Shown here in pieces: positions 52,175 to 62,984 of a stretch of 64,000 nucleotides of DNA. Under the pieces are notes generated by a model. The model searched no databases and had not been told where the DNA came from. It saw only the letters and a program-made list of their open reading frames with translations. The translations under genes and the position numbers were made by a program. The stretch is taken from positions 64,834 through 128,833 of the forward strand of contig CAKPSB010000002.1 in NCBI GenBank assembly GCA_934183155.1, given 5' to 3'. Every line of letters starts with the position of its first letter. Position 1 is the first letter of the stretch. This DNA comes from an uncultured Bacilli bacterium. GTDB taxonomy: Bacteria > Bacillota_I > Bacilli_A > RF39 > UBA660.

Positions 52175-53095
52175 ATGCAAAAATTATCAGATAACTTTCA
52201 TAAAAAAAATTTAGACTATCTATTAGATGAAGCCTATGATGAGGCTTTAGAAAATGATGATTTTAAAAACTTTGTATGTAAATTAAAAATGAAAAGAGAA
52301 AATTTAAAAAAATATACCTCTCTTTTAGAAGAAAGTTCTAAAGAATATAACAATTGTTTAAATTGTAAAGGTATTTTAGAGTGCAAAAACAAAATAGAAG
52401 GATACGCTAAATTACCCAAAATAAATGAAAATGCTTTAGAATTTATTTACAAACCATGTAAATATAAAAGAAAATTAGATAAAGAAGAAATGAAACATCA
52501 AAACATAAAATTATTTAATATTCCTAAAGAAATAAAAGAAGCTTCTTTTAAAAAAATATATAAGACAGATAAAAATAGATATAACACCATCTTATGGCTA
52601 ACTGAATTTATAAAGAAATACAAAGAAGATAAACATCAAAAAGGACTTTATTTATGCGGTAATTTTGGAAGCGGTAAAACATACTTGACAGCTGCTATGT
52701 TTAATGAACTCTCCAAAGACAAAGTTAAAAGCGCTATTGTCTTTTGGCCAGAATTTTTAAACAACTTAAAATCATCATTTAATTCAGAAAACAAAAACGA
52801 ATTTAAAAATAAATACAACTACGTAAAAAAAGTAGATTTGCTTTTAATTGATGATATAGGAGCCGAAAGCGTTACTCCATGGTCACGCGATGAAATTTTG
52901 TGTCCACTTCTACAATATCGAATGGATGAAAAATTACCAACATTTTTCACCTCAAACTTAAATTTAGAAGCCTTAGAAAATCATCTAGCAATTACTTCTA
53001 GAGGCGATGAAATAATAAAAGCAGGTAGAATTATATCAAGAATAAAACAATTAACTGAATATCAAGAACTTATCTCTAAAAATTTAAGAAAATAA
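52175..53095 (+). CDS. dnaI: primosomal helicase loader DnaI
   Basis: AAA+ 'GLYLCGNFGSGKTYL', Walker B 'LLLIDDIGAE', N-terminal Cys-rich zinc module. Confidence 0.85.
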   Translation: MQKLSDNFHKKNLDYLLDEAYDEALENDDFKNFVCKLKMKRENLKKYTSLLEESSKEYNNCLNCKGILECKNKIEGYAKLPKINENALEFIYKPCKYKRKLDKEEMKHQNIKLFNIPKEIKEASFKKIYKTDKNRYNTILWLTEFIKKYKEDKHQKGLYLCGNFGSGKTYLTAAMFNELSKDKVKSAIVFWPEFLNNLKSSFNSENKNEFKNKYNYVKKVDLLLIDDIGAESVTPWSRDEILCPLLQYRMDEKLPTFFTSNLNLEALENHLAITSRGDEIIKAGRIISRIKQLTEYQELISKNLRK

Positions 53096-53199
53096 TTATA
53101 AAAACAGTGGCGTATAATTTATCATTTCAAACAATTTTCATGATTGACAAATTTTCCTAGACAATAGAATCAAAATATGATATTATTAAATAGTCATAT

Positions 53200-53274
53200 G
53201 GTCTATTGGTCAAGTGGTTAAGACGCCACCCTCTCAAGGTGGAAGCATGAGTTCAATTCTCATATAGACTACCA
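53200..53274 (+). tRNA. tRNA-Glu (anticodon CTC as folded)
   Basis: Strong similarity to Bacillus tRNA-Glu: GGTC-AAGTGGTTAA-GAC D-arm; anticodon stem CCACC/GGTGG with loop CTCTCAA; T-arm ATGAG-TTCAATT-CTCAT; 3′ CCA. Confidence 0.7.
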
Positions 53275-53355
53275 AGAGCAAAGCTGTTCGAATACATCGA
53301 ACTTCAATATAGAAAATATTTGCCATGAAATAGTGATGGTGAAAATGATAAAAGA

Positions 53356-53392
53356 CCCGTTTTTTAAGACAGAAAAACGAGTTTTTTTATGA
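53356..53392 (+). terminator. rho-independent terminator
   Basis: CCCGTTTTT…AAAAACGAG hairpin followed by TTTTTTT. Confidence 0.5.
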
Positions 53393-53590
53393 CAAAATCA
53401 ACTTATGAAGATATAATCTTTTATAATCTAAGCAAAATTGAAAAAAATTATTGTAAATTTATTATAAAAAGCTTGCTTTTTAATTTGAATAAATAATAGT
53501 TTTGGATTATACTTTAATAAAGTAGTATTAAAAAATTAGATAAACAATGGATAATAAGCAGTTTATTATCTAAAAACCGGGGGGGATTTT

Positions 53591-55450
53591 ATGAAAAAAC
53601 AAGACTATGAAGCACAAATAGAAAACGTAATTAATAATGGCTATTTTATGGTAGCACAAAAAAGACAACAGGAAATAGGTCCCAAATTAAAAGCCTTAGT
53701 TCAAGATTATATGCAAATTGTAGAAAAAAATAAACATATATTCGAAAACTATCACAAATCCTTTATCAATGATGACATAGTAACCAATTTATCAGATAAT
53801 ATTCTGTTTTTAAGTGATGGCATAAATAAACTAGAAATAACCGAATATGATTTAGATTTACTAATTGATGAAGATAAACAAATGACCTTGTTAGATTTTA
53901 TTTTAGCCTATAAGCCACACCTTTCTTTGAAAAATTTTAGTTTAGGCGGTTCATATACCAAAATTGGTATTAAATTTTTAGAAAAAATTTTTACAAATAA
54001 TGATAAAGAGTATATAAAATATTTGAACGAAATTGGTTTTTATGGTAGCCCAGATTTATTTTTAATAACAATAAATAGCAAAAAAGTAATTGATCATTTA
54101 ATAGAAAACTATGAGGAATATAGTAATTTTTGTGGTATAAAATTTAATTTATTAATAAAAGATAACGATACAAAAAAATATGTTTTAGACCAAATACAAA
54201 AAGGCTCTTACAATATTATAAAAATAGATGGAACGATTAATTATGATAAACTGCTTTTGATATTAGATCACATGGACTTAACTACCAAAGATTTATTTAA
54301 TCAAATAACGCTAAATAATAATAGCTTTAACATTTTACAAATATATTTAAACAACAACATTTTAAAAAATGAAGAAAAATTAAGAAATGTGATTTTACCA
54401 TATGAGGTTGTGGAGCCTTTGATAAATAAATATTTTACAGCAGGTGATGAAGAACTAAAAAATAAAATAAAAAAATGCCTTGAAAATTCATATATTGATA
54501 ACAATTGTTTAGAAAAATTAGACGAAAATACAATAAATAAATTAAAAAATAGTATAACATTAAAAATAAAAGATGCATCACCAAAAGATATAACCTTTGA
54601 AGATAGACTAATAGAACTAGCAAATGTTTTAAAAACCGGTATATCAACCTCAGATACTATAATTAAATATATTTTGAATAATTATATTAATATGTATAAT
54701 ACAAATATTAGTTTTGCCGCAAATGAAGTTGAGACCCTAATTTTAATTAAAAAAAATAACCCAGAGTTTCATATAGTAGATTCTAATAAAGGACCCAATT
54801 TTGATAATCAAATTCTCCATTTAATTTTAAGCGATAAGACTTCGCTTGGTTATCATGGTGAAGATAATTATGCAGCTTTGAATCATGAAATAACTCATGC
54901 CTTGCAATATTACTGTTATAACGACAATACCCCAACAAATTTTTATAAAACTTTACCAAACAAGTTAAATATTACAAATGATGTCGCAAGTTTTTGTGCA
55001 AATATTATATTAAAAATGGATACATTTATGTCCACTCTTGAAATTCCCAAAAATAATGATGATTTAAAAAAATTAATTTTCCATATTTCCTTAAATCAAT
55101 TTAGTTATGAAAGAGAAGTTATTGACATATTTGATACATTTTTATGTTTTACAGAGCATCTAGCAAAGCTTGGATTTGATAAAGCAAGCTACATAGAAGG
55201 TCATCCATATGATTATATGAAATATGCTGGCTACGATTTTTCTGAATTGCTTGCTGACTATAAATCTATTATGTGTTCAAATAGGGAAGATTTAAAACTA
55301 TTTGTTCAAAAAAATTTATCAAATGATTGCATTACATTTATTGAATCTTTCTACAATAATATGTTAGAAAATTATATTTCTCTATATAAACATAATAATG
55401 TTGAAAAGATTACTTATGAAAATGAAGCTCACAATACAAAAACAAAATAA
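53591..55450 (+). CDS. hypothetical 619-aa protein with an HExxH motif (possible zinc-metallopeptidase-like domain)
   Basis: 'ALNHEITHALQYY'; otherwise no recognisable family. Confidence 0.4.
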   Translation: MKKQDYEAQIENVINNGYFMVAQKRQQEIGPKLKALVQDYMQIVEKNKHIFENYHKSFINDDIVTNLSDNILFLSDGINKLEITEYDLDLLIDEDKQMTLLDFILAYKPHLSLKNFSLGGSYTKIGIKFLEKIFTNNDKEYIKYLNEIGFYGSPDLFLITINSKKVIDHLIENYEEYSNFCGIKFNLLIKDNDTKKYVLDQIQKGSYNIIKIDGTINYDKLLLILDHMDLTTKDLFNQITLNNNSFNILQIYLNNNILKNEEKLRNVILPYEVVEPLINKYFTAGDEELKNKIKKCLENSYIDNNCLEKLDENTINKLKNSITLKIKDASPKDITFEDRLIELANVLKTGISTSDTIIKYILNNYINMYNTNISFAANEVETLILIKKNNPEFHIVDSNKGPNFDNQILHLILSDKTSLGYHGEDNYAALNHEITHALQYYCYNDNTPTNFYKTLPNKLNITNDVASFCANIILKMDTFMSTLEIPKNNDDLKKLIFHISLNQFSYEREVIDIFDTFLCFTEHLAKLGFDKASYIEGHPYDYMKYAGYDFSELLADYKSIMCSNREDLKLFVQKNLSNDCITFIESFYNNMLENYISLYKHNNVEKITYENEAHNTKTK

Positions 55451-55490
55451 TAGTACCATTTATACATATTAAAAAGCCATACACGGCTTT

Positions 55491-56783
55491 TTAATTTAAA
55501 ATTTTTTTAATACATATATATTGATGAATAGTAACATAGATAATATTAATAGCAGTTGCCCATATTAAAGCCCACATTCCTACACGGCAAAATGATAATA
55601 CAAAAAGAAGACAAGTTCTTATAATCGTTGCTTGAATAGTTCCATTCATAGCTTCTCTAGCTTTTCCCATCGCCTGAAGAGATGCTGTTAAAGGTGATTG
55701 AATATAATGAAATAATGCAATAGGCGCAAGTATTCTTAAATAGTTCAAACCAATTACATTATTATATACAAATTTCATTGGTAAACTTGGTACAAATTCA
55801 AAAATTAAAGTTGCCGGAATACCTATTAATAAAGATAAAAAAATAGCTAGTTTTATTCTGCTCCATATATATTTATAATTTTTTTTACTATGAGCTTTAC
55901 TTATACTAGGAATTAAAGCCTGTGATATAGCCAAAGTAAAAAAAGAAGGTAAAAGAATTAAAGGCATAATATAACCATTGATTATACCATATTCATTCAC
56001 AATATAACTATTATCATATCCACACTTAATTAATCCATACGTTAAAATAATCGGCTCAAAAAAATATCCAATTGAACCAATTATCTTACTCATCGTAGTA
56101 GGAATTCCTATGCCAAAGATCTGTTTAATATTATTTTTATCCGGTTTTAAATCATTTATAGAAATTTTAAAGTTTTTTGGAATAAAGAAAAATAAAATTA
56201 AAATAGATGTTAATTCACTTATAATATTAACAAGAATTATATAAGCAACCGCATATTCTATACCTTTTTTAATTAAAAAAGGAAGCCCAATCATTAAACA
56301 AAGAAGTCTTACAATATCCTCTGTTATATTTGAAACAACATGTGGCAGCATCTTTTGCTTGCCAAAAAAATATCCTCTTAGAATACTAGAAATACTAATA
56401 AAAGGTAAAACAAATCCTATACAAACAATAGCCCAGTAGCATCTATCTTCATTAAGCAAATTATGACTAATATAAGGTGCAAAAAGAATTAAAAACACAA
56501 TAATTATCATATTTAAAAATAAAGCAATAGGGATAACCGAAAATACCAAATTTTTATTATTCCTATTTCCCTCAGCCACCAATTTACTAATAGCCACAGG
56601 CATTCCCAGTTGAGCCAAGGAAATTAGTAAAATAAAAGTAGGGCTTGTAAGCATATAAATTCCCATACCTTCGCTGCCAATTGATCTAGCTAAGACTATT
56701 TTTATAATCATACTTATAATTTTAGTGATAAACCCACCAATTAAAAGTAATGTAACCGTTTTAAAAAAAGTGTTATTTTTCAT
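55491..56783 (-). CDS. spoVB: stage V sporulation protein B-like MOP/MurJ-family flippase
   Basis: 'VTLLLIGGFITKIISMIIKIVLARSIGSEGMGIYMLTSPTFILLISLAQLGMPVAISKLVAE' is collinear with the SpoVB N-terminus; 12-14 TMs. Confidence 0.7.
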   Translation of the reverse strand: MKNNTFFKTVTLLLIGGFITKIISMIIKIVLARSIGSEGMGIYMLTSPTFILLISLAQLGMPVAISKLVAEGNRNNKNLVFSVIPIALFLNMIIIVFLILFAPYISHNLLNEDRCYWAIVCIGFVLPFISISSILRGYFFGKQKMLPHVVSNITEDIVRLLCLMIGLPFLIKKGIEYAVAYIILVNIISELTSILILFFFIPKNFKISINDLKPDKNNIKQIFGIGIPTTMSKIIGSIGYFFEPIILTYGLIKCGYDNSYIVNEYGIINGYIMPLILLPSFFTLAISQALIPSISKAHSKKNYKYIWSRIKLAIFLSLLIGIPATLIFEFVPSLPMKFVYNNVIGLNYLRILAPIALFHYIQSPLTASLQAMGKAREAMNGTIQATIIRTCLLFVLSFCRVGMWALIWATAINIIYVTIHQYICIKKILN

Positions 56784-56826
56784 ATTAAATTTTATTATAT
56801 ATAAAAAAAATAATTACGCTTAATAA

Positions 56827-57198
56827 TTATTTTTTCAAAGTTTTTACATATTTAATATCATCTTTAATTTGATCTATCTCTTTATATTCCTCGTTATCTT
56901 TTTTCTGCTCTAAAAATAAATCATATAGGCTGCTATAAGTATCTACATCAATATTTAAACCAAATTTGAAGTCAACTTGCCCAGTACGCTTATCAGCTTT
57001 ATACATATCATTGATTGGAATTATTACAGGTTCATTATTAGTTATTTCAATAGTGTTCCCACAAACATCGCAATCATAATAGTTTGGCATAGGTAAAAGG
57101 CACGAATCATTTACCTTAAGAATTAAATGATACTCATATTCACCAAACACAGCATAAGAATTTTCCTCGCCATTATTTTTAATTTTAACACTAAACAT
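56827..57198 (-). CDS. hypothetical protein
   Basis: ORF with RBS; Cys pair 'CDVCGN'. Confidence 0.4.
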   Translation of the reverse strand: MFSVKIKNNGEENSYAVFGEYEYHLILKVNDSCLLPMPNYYDCDVCGNTIEITNNEPVIIPINDMYKADKRTGQVDFKFGLNIDVDTYSSLYDLFLEQKKDNEEYKEIDQIKDDIKYVKTLKK

Positions 57199-57315
57199 TA
57201 TTTGTCCTCCTTTTAAATTGCTTTCCTATAATACAATATATTAAAACAAAATTCAAGTAAATATCTTTAAAATTAAATAAAATTAATATATAATATCTAT
57301 ATGGGAGGGCAAAAA

Positions 57316-57588
57316 ATGGAAATTGAATTCAAATCACAAGAAGAACTTTATAAAAGATTGAAACCAGCCTTAAACACAAAAAAAGATGAACTAAATGTTA
57401 ATGGCTATGGTTATTTAAAAATAGAAGATATTTGGAATTATTTAAAAGAAAACAAATGGAAAACTAGTCATGACCTTTCTTTAAATGAAATGGTCAGCGA
57501 CATACTTAATGCCGATAACGAACTTATCGATGCATATTTTAAAACTAAAATAAATGAAAAAAATCGTAAAATTTATTTTGATATTTAA
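57316..57588 (+). CDS. small YrzD/ComN-like post-transcriptional regulator family protein (tentative)
   Basis: ~90 aa with 'GYGYLKIEDIWNYLKENKWK'; sits before relA as in Bacillus. Confidence 0.35.
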   Translation: MEIEFKSQEELYKRLKPALNTKKDELNVNGYGYLKIEDIWNYLKENKWKTSHDLSLNEMVSDILNADNELIDAYFKTKINEKNRKIYFDI

Positions 57589-57603
57589 GTGAGAGTGATA
57601 AAA

Positions 57604-59769
57604 ATGAGTAAACATCTAAAAGATTTAACAATAGAAAAATTAAAAGACAAAGTAAAAAATTATATAACGGATGAAAAGAAAATAGAAATAATTGATAAAG
57701 CTTATAAATTTGCCTACAAGTCTCATTATGGTCAAAAAAGATTGACTGGGGAAGAATACATTATTCACCCCTTAAATGTAGCCTATATTTTAACAAGAAT
57801 AAACGCTGATTATGAAACTATATCAGCTGCGCTTTTGCACGATGTAGTTGAAGATTGCAATGTTTCTATAGATGAAATTGAAAGCAAGTTTGGATACAAT
57901 ATTTCTATACTAGTTGATGGTGTAACCAAAATTAACAAGTTAAACTTCTCCGCTGCCACCGAAAGCGTTATAAACAATCAAAGAAAAATATTAGTCGGTT
58001 TATCTGAAGACGTAAGAGTTATTATTATTAAATTAGCCGACAGATTAAATAACATGCAAACACTTTTTGTTCATAGTGAAGCTAAACAAAAATCAATTTC
58101 AAAAGAAACGCTAGATATCTTAACGCCAATTGCTGATAGACTTGGTATAAACAGTATTAAACAAGACTTAGAAGAGCTATGTTTAAGATACTTAAAACCA
58201 GAAGAGTATTATGACATAGTTGAAAAGCTAAATGCCACCAAAGCCGAAAGAGATAACAGCGTAGCAAAAATGATTGAAAGTGTTGATGAACTTTTATACA
58301 AGCATGACATCAAACACGAGATAAAAGGTCGTTCAAAAAGCATCTACAGTATTTATAAAAAGCTAGAAAAAGGAAAAAGATTCAGCGATATATACGATTT
58401 ATTAGCTTTAAGAATTTATGTCGATACCGAGCAAGATTGCTATCAAGCCCTAGGTATAATTCACTCTAAATTTAGACCAAAGCCCAAAAGATTTAAAGAT
58501 TATATTGCTATGCCTAAAACCAACATGTATCAATCACTTCATACAACTGTTTTTGGCGTTGATGGTCAATTATATGAAATTCAAATAAGAACATATGAAA
58601 TGGATAGAGTAGCCGAATATGGTATTGCATCGCATTGGTCATACAAAGAAAAAGGTTCAGTAAAAGCAGTCATGCAAAATGAAATGGAACAAAAACTGCA
58701 GTTCTTCAGAGCCATAATGGACTTAAAAAAAGAACAAGACAATCCAGAAGATTTCGTCAATACCGTTAAACAAGAAGTTTTTCAAAATACAATATATGTC
58801 TTTACCCCAATGGGAGACGTCATAGAGCTTCCAAATGGCTCAACCCCTATAGACTTTGCCTACCGAGTTCATTCAAACGTTGGTGATAAAGCCGTTGGAG
58901 CAATAGTTAATTCTAATATGGTTCCTCTTGATTATCAATTAAAAAATGAAGATATAGTTAAGATAATTACAAACAATAATTCTTTAGGTCCTAGTAGAGA
59001 ATGGTTAAATATTGTTAAAACAACAGGCGCAAAAAATAAAATAAGAGCCTTTTTCAATAAAGCCAATAAGGAAGAAAACATAAAAAAAGGCGAAGAAATT
59101 TTAATAAAAGAATTACGAAAAAATAAAATAAATAATGAAGAGTTTATGCAAGAAGATAGACTAAACAAACTATTAAATGAACTTAAAATAGGCTCATTAA
59201 CTGAACTTTATAGTAGTATTGGTAGTGGCAAATTATCTATTAAAACCGTATTTGATAATTACCTAAAAAAAGAAGCAACAAAAGAAGAAAAATTGTTAGA
59301 AAAAGTTTCTAAAGGTAGTCAAAAAGAAAGCGAAAGTAATAGTTTAATTTCCATTGCTGGAATTGATGATATAAAAGTTAATTTAGCCTCATGCTGTAAT
59401 CCCGTACCAGGAGATAGAATAGTTGGTTATATTACCAAAGGCTATGGTATTAATATTCATAGAATGGTATGTCCAAATATTGCCAATATTGAAGAAAGAT
59501 TAATTGAAGTAACATGGAATAAAGAAGAAAGTAAACTTCCAACAAATATATTAATAAGATCAGCCCATTCATCTACCATTTTGTTAAATATTATCTCCAA
59601 AGCCGCCGATAAAGACGTTCCCGTTAGAAACTTTTTTACACATCATGGTAAAGAAGATGAATCAATTGAAATGACAATACTAGTTAAAAATAAAGAACAG
59701 CTTGTTAAATTCATGAATGATATCAAGATGATTCCAGAAGTTACAGATGTAGAAAGACTTATAAAATGA
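57604..59769 (+). CDS. relA: bifunctional (p)ppGpp synthetase/hydrolase RelA/SpoT
   Basis: HD 'HPLNVAYIL…LLHDVVED', synthetase 'YQSLHTTV', TGS and ACT domains. Confidence 0.9.
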   Translation: MSKHLKDLTIEKLKDKVKNYITDEKKIEIIDKAYKFAYKSHYGQKRLTGEEYIIHPLNVAYILTRINADYETISAALLHDVVEDCNVSIDEIESKFGYNISILVDGVTKINKLNFSAATESVINNQRKILVGLSEDVRVIIIKLADRLNNMQTLFVHSEAKQKSISKETLDILTPIADRLGINSIKQDLEELCLRYLKPEEYYDIVEKLNATKAERDNSVAKMIESVDELLYKHDIKHEIKGRSKSIYSIYKKLEKGKRFSDIYDLLALRIYVDTEQDCYQALGIIHSKFRPKPKRFKDYIAMPKTNMYQSLHTTVFGVDGQLYEIQIRTYEMDRVAEYGIASHWSYKEKGSVKAVMQNEMEQKLQFFRAIMDLKKEQDNPEDFVNTVKQEVFQNTIYVFTPMGDVIELPNGSTPIDFAYRVHSNVGDKAVGAIVNSNMVPLDYQLKNEDIVKIITNNNSLGPSREWLNIVKTTGAKNKIRAFFNKANKEENIKKGEEILIKELRKNKINNEEFMQEDRLNKLLNELKIGSLTELYSSIGSGKLSIKTVFDNYLKKEATKEEKLLEKVSKGSQKESESNSLISIAGIDDIKVNLASCCNPVPGDRIVGYITKGYGINIHRMVCPNIANIEERLIEVTWNKEESKLPTNILIRSAHSSTILLNIISKAADKDVPVRNFFTHHGKEDESIEMTILVKNKEQLVKFMNDIKMIPEVTDVERLIK

Positions 59770-60215
59770 GAATTTTAGTTCAAAGAAGCAAAAAATCATC
59801 AGTAACAGTAGATAATAAAGTAATTGGTCAAATAAATAAAGGATTAGTGTTATTTGTATCTTTTACCCAAAATGATAGTATTAATGAGATTGATTATTTA
59901 GTAAACAAAGTTTTAAACCTCCGTATTTTTGATGACGAAAACGGAATAATGAACAAGTCTATTTTAGAGGTAGGGGGTTCTATTTTAAGCATATCACAGT
60001 TTACATTATATGCAGATAGTACTAAAGGAAATAGACCAAGTTATAAAAACGCTTTAAACGGTATAAAGGCCGAGGAATTATATAAAATATTTAATGAACA
60101 CTTGCAAAAGAAAATAGAAGTTCAAACCGGTAAATTTGGTGCCAATATGCTTGTAAAAATAGAAAATGATGGACCAATTACCATCGCTTTAGAAAGAAGG
60201 GGTAAATGTGAGTAA
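59766..60215 (+). CDS. dtd: D-aminoacyl-tRNA deacylase
   Basis: 'MRILVQRS', 'SQFTLYAD…GNRPS'. Confidence 0.9.
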   Translation: MRILVQRSKKSSVTVDNKVIGQINKGLVLFVSFTQNDSINEIDYLVNKVLNLRIFDDENGIMNKSILEVGGSILSISQFTLYADSTKGNRPSYKNALNGIKAEELYKIFNEHLQKKIEVQTGKFGANMLVKIENDGPITIALERRGKCE

Positions 60216-61266
60216 AAACAAAATAGATTTTAAACTAGTCAATATTGTCTTATTTTTCTTAGCCGTATATTTAGTATATCAAACAAAAGACTTTTGGCTT
60301 GGAGTTACTAATTTAATTTTAAAAATAACCATTCCATTTTTAATAGCTTTTACACTAGCTTATGCCATATATCCATTAGTTAGAAAACTCATGAATAAAA
60401 ATATATCAAAGTCAATTTCCATATTAATTGTTCTTGGCAGTATTTGTTTAATATTTGGTATAATTTTAGTTTTAATCGTTCCAACTATAGCCGGACAAAT
60501 GGGTGGACTATTCAACGGTATTATTTCATTCTTAAAAGAATTATCAATAAACTATAATATCAATTTTAAGGACATTCAAAATACTTTATCATCCAGTTTT
60601 AATAATGTTTTAGCAAAAGTTGGGACATACATATCAAATGGAGCAATAAGCGTTATAAGCATATCAATTGATTACATGTCAAAACTATTTATTATTTTAA
60701 CTGCGTTTATCTACTTTTTAATCGATATGGATAAAATAAGAGCATCTATAAAAAAATACTTAAAAACTAAATCACAAAAATTATATAATTATGTCTTAGC
60801 TTTAGATGATGAGATGGGCAAATACTTATCTGGATTTGTTAAAATCGTGATGATCTCATTTGTAGAGTACACAATAACTTATTCAATTATTGGACACCCA
60901 GATGCACTAATGCTTGGTACTTTAGCCGCTTTAGGAAACTTAATTCCATATTTTGGTGGTATACTTGTAAATATAATTGCTGCCATTACCGCTTTTGTTA
61001 TAAGTCCGGCATTATTTGTCAAAACTTGTTTAGTATTCTTTATCTTCTCAGGAATTGATGGAAATATCATAAATCCACTAGTTTATGGTAAAACTAATCA
61101 AATTCACCCATTAGTCGTTATTATTTCAGTTTTTGTTGGAGGTATTTTATGGGGCGTTTCAGGTATAATAATTTCCTTACCATTAGCGATTATTTTACTT
61201 GCTACCTATAAATATTTTAAAAAAGACATTACAGAAATAACTAAACATAAATTTAAAAAAGCCTAA
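60208..61266 (+). CDS. AI-2E family transporter (UPF0118/PerM-like membrane protein)
   Basis: Eight-TM topology; 'ALGNLIPYFGG' region typical of the AI-2E family. Confidence 0.7.
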   Translation: MSKNKIDFKLVNIVLFFLAVYLVYQTKDFWLGVTNLILKITIPFLIAFTLAYAIYPLVRKLMNKNISKSISILIVLGSICLIFGIILVLIVPTIAGQMGGLFNGIISFLKELSINYNINFKDIQNTLSSSFNNVLAKVGTYISNGAISVISISIDYMSKLFIILTAFIYFLIDMDKIRASIKKYLKTKSQKLYNYVLALDDEMGKYLSGFVKIVMISFVEYTITYSIIGHPDALMLGTLAALGNLIPYFGGILVNIIAAITAFVISPALFVKTCLVFFIFSGIDGNIINPLVYGKTNQIHPLVVIISVFVGGILWGVSGIIISLPLAIILLATYKYFKKDITEITKHKFKKA

Positions 61267-61270
61267 ATAA

Positions 61271-61297
61271 AAAAATCCTAAAAAGGATTTGTTTTTC
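61271..61297. terminator. bidirectional terminator
   Basis: AAATCCT-aaaa-AGGATTT followed by a T-tract. Confidence 0.55.
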
Positions 61298-61301
61298 TAA
61301 G

Positions 61302-61378
61302 TGGCGTCCTTGGGCAGATTCGAACTGCCGACCTACCGCTTAGGAGGCGGTTGCTCTATCCGACTGAGCTACAAAGAC
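61302..61378 (-). tRNA. tRNA-Arg (anticodon CCT)
   Basis: Reverse complement folds as a tRNA: acceptor GTCTTTG/CAAGGAC; D-arm GCTC-AGTCGGATA-GAGC; anticodon stem ACCGC/GCGGT with loop CTCCTAA; T-arm GGCAG-TTCGAAT-CTGCC; 3′ GCCA. Confidence 0.75.
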
Positions 61379-61476
61379 ACAATACAATTGTACCATGGAT
61401 ATTTTAAAATGTAAATTATAAAAAAAACAAAGATTTTTAAATTTAAATTTGTTACAATAATAGGGGAGGAAATTAT

Positions 61477-61764
61477 ATGGATATATATACAATAGTAGAA
61501 TTTGGGGACAATGACAAATGGTTTGTTATGGCTTGCGATACAATTAAGGGAAATAAATATAGTTACTTAATAAAAGTAAACGAAAAAGAAGACGACTTTA
61601 TTGATGAATATCAAGTTGTTAAAAGCTATTTTGACGCTTCAGATGAATATATGGATGTCGTATCAGGTGATGAGTTAAAAGAAGCCTTAAAAATATTAGC
61701 GCCAGAAGCCAAGGAACTAATAGATAACCCAGAAAAACTAAAAAAAATCTTAAACAATAATTAA
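61477..61764 (+). CDS. small acidic hypothetical protein
   Basis: ORF with GGGGAGGA RBS. Confidence 0.45.
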   Translation: MDIYTIVEFGDNDKWFVMACDTIKGNKYSYLIKVNEKEDDFIDEYQVVKSYFDASDEYMDVVSGDELKEALKILAPEAKELIDNPEKLKKILNNN

Positions 61765-61786
61765 AATAACTCTACGAAATGTAGAG

Positions 61787-62653
61787 TTATTTATATAATT
61801 CATTTTTTAAAAGTTCAAGATTATTATTCATAATACTAAAATAATCTTTTTTTTCTGATCTTTCAATTTCAGATAAATTAGAAAGAGTATGCCAGCTTTG
61901 AACAATTACATTAGTTTGCTTTTGTAAACTTTGAACATAACGATTGGTTTTATCATTAGATTTTATGAAAATATATTTAATATCACCTTTATTAATTAAT
62001 TTTAAAACTTCTTTATAAGTAACATTAACATCTGAATTTTTCTCATCCAAAGAATAAACCTTTAAACCATATTTTTCCAAATATTTGAAAGTATTACTAG
62101 ATACTACAATACTTTTACTACTCGCACTCGTTACAATTTCTTTCATTTTAGCATCTAAATTAGATGCCTCTATTTTTAATTTTTCATAATTTTCATTAAT
62201 TTTATTTCTTAAATAATAACTATCAATATATTCATTAAGACCTGTTTTAACATTTTGCGCCATCATTAGAAAATTTGAAGGATCAAGCCATAATTGTTCA
62301 ATACTATTATCATATTCCATAGATAATGTTGTATCAATAATTTTTAAATTTTTATTATTTTTTCGCATTTTAGTAACATAATTCTTTTCATTATTTAACC
62401 CATTAAATATAAATAAATCCGAATTACTATAATCAGCCAATTGCTTATCAGTCAACTTGTAATTATTAATATTAACCCCATCTGGATAAATACTTTTTAC
62501 CTTACTAAAAGAACCATATAACCTCTTAGTAATATACTCACTAGGATAATTAGTTGTATATATAGTTATTCCTTCCATATTATCCCTTTTTATACATCCT
62601 GTTAAACATATTGTTATAAATAAAATTAAAATTACATTAGTTATTTTTCTCAT
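61787..62653 (-). CDS. lipoprotein; possible metal ABC-transporter substrate-binding (TroA/ZnuA-like) family
   Basis: Lipobox 'LTGC'; weak 'EQLWLDP' similarity to ZnuA 'HIWLDP'. Confidence 0.35.
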   Translation of the reverse strand: MRKITNVILILFITICLTGCIKRDNMEGITIYTTNYPSEYITKRLYGSFSKVKSIYPDGVNINNYKLTDKQLADYSNSDLFIFNGLNNEKNYVTKMRKNNKNLKIIDTTLSMEYDNSIEQLWLDPSNFLMMAQNVKTGLNEYIDSYYLRNKINENYEKLKIEASNLDAKMKEIVTSASSKSIVVSSNTFKYLEKYGLKVYSLDEKNSDVNVTYKEVLKLINKGDIKYIFIKSNDKTNRYVQSLQKQTNVIVQSWHTLSNLSEIERSEKKDYFSIMNNNLELLKNELYK

Positions 62654-62870
62654 ACGTCTCCTCCTTAATCACCGGATCATACCCGCCTTTGTGCCATGGA
62701 TTACATCTCAAAATTCTTTTAATACCCATAAAACTACCTTTAAAAGCCCCGTACGTTTCAATAGCTTCAATAGTATACTGTGAACACGTAGGAACGTATC
62801 TGCACGCTCCATGCCAAGGACCAGGTAATTTTTGATATACTTTTATTAATTTAATTAAAATGTTCTTCAT
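62637..62870 (-). CDS. yidD: membrane protein insertion efficiency factor YidD
   Basis: '[15 protein letters not shown]…GGYDPV'. Confidence 0.85.
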   Translation of the reverse strand: MKNILIKLIKVYQKLPGPWHGACRYVPTCSQYTIEAIETYGAFKGSFMGIKRILRCNPWHKGGYDPVIKEETYEKNN

Positions 62871-62984
62871 ACGCTCTCATAACTATTATACTAGAATTTA
62901 AAACAAATTAAAAGTCAAAAAAATTATATTGACAAATAAAGATTAAGTAATATAATATTATTACCAACTTGAAAGGAAATAAAA

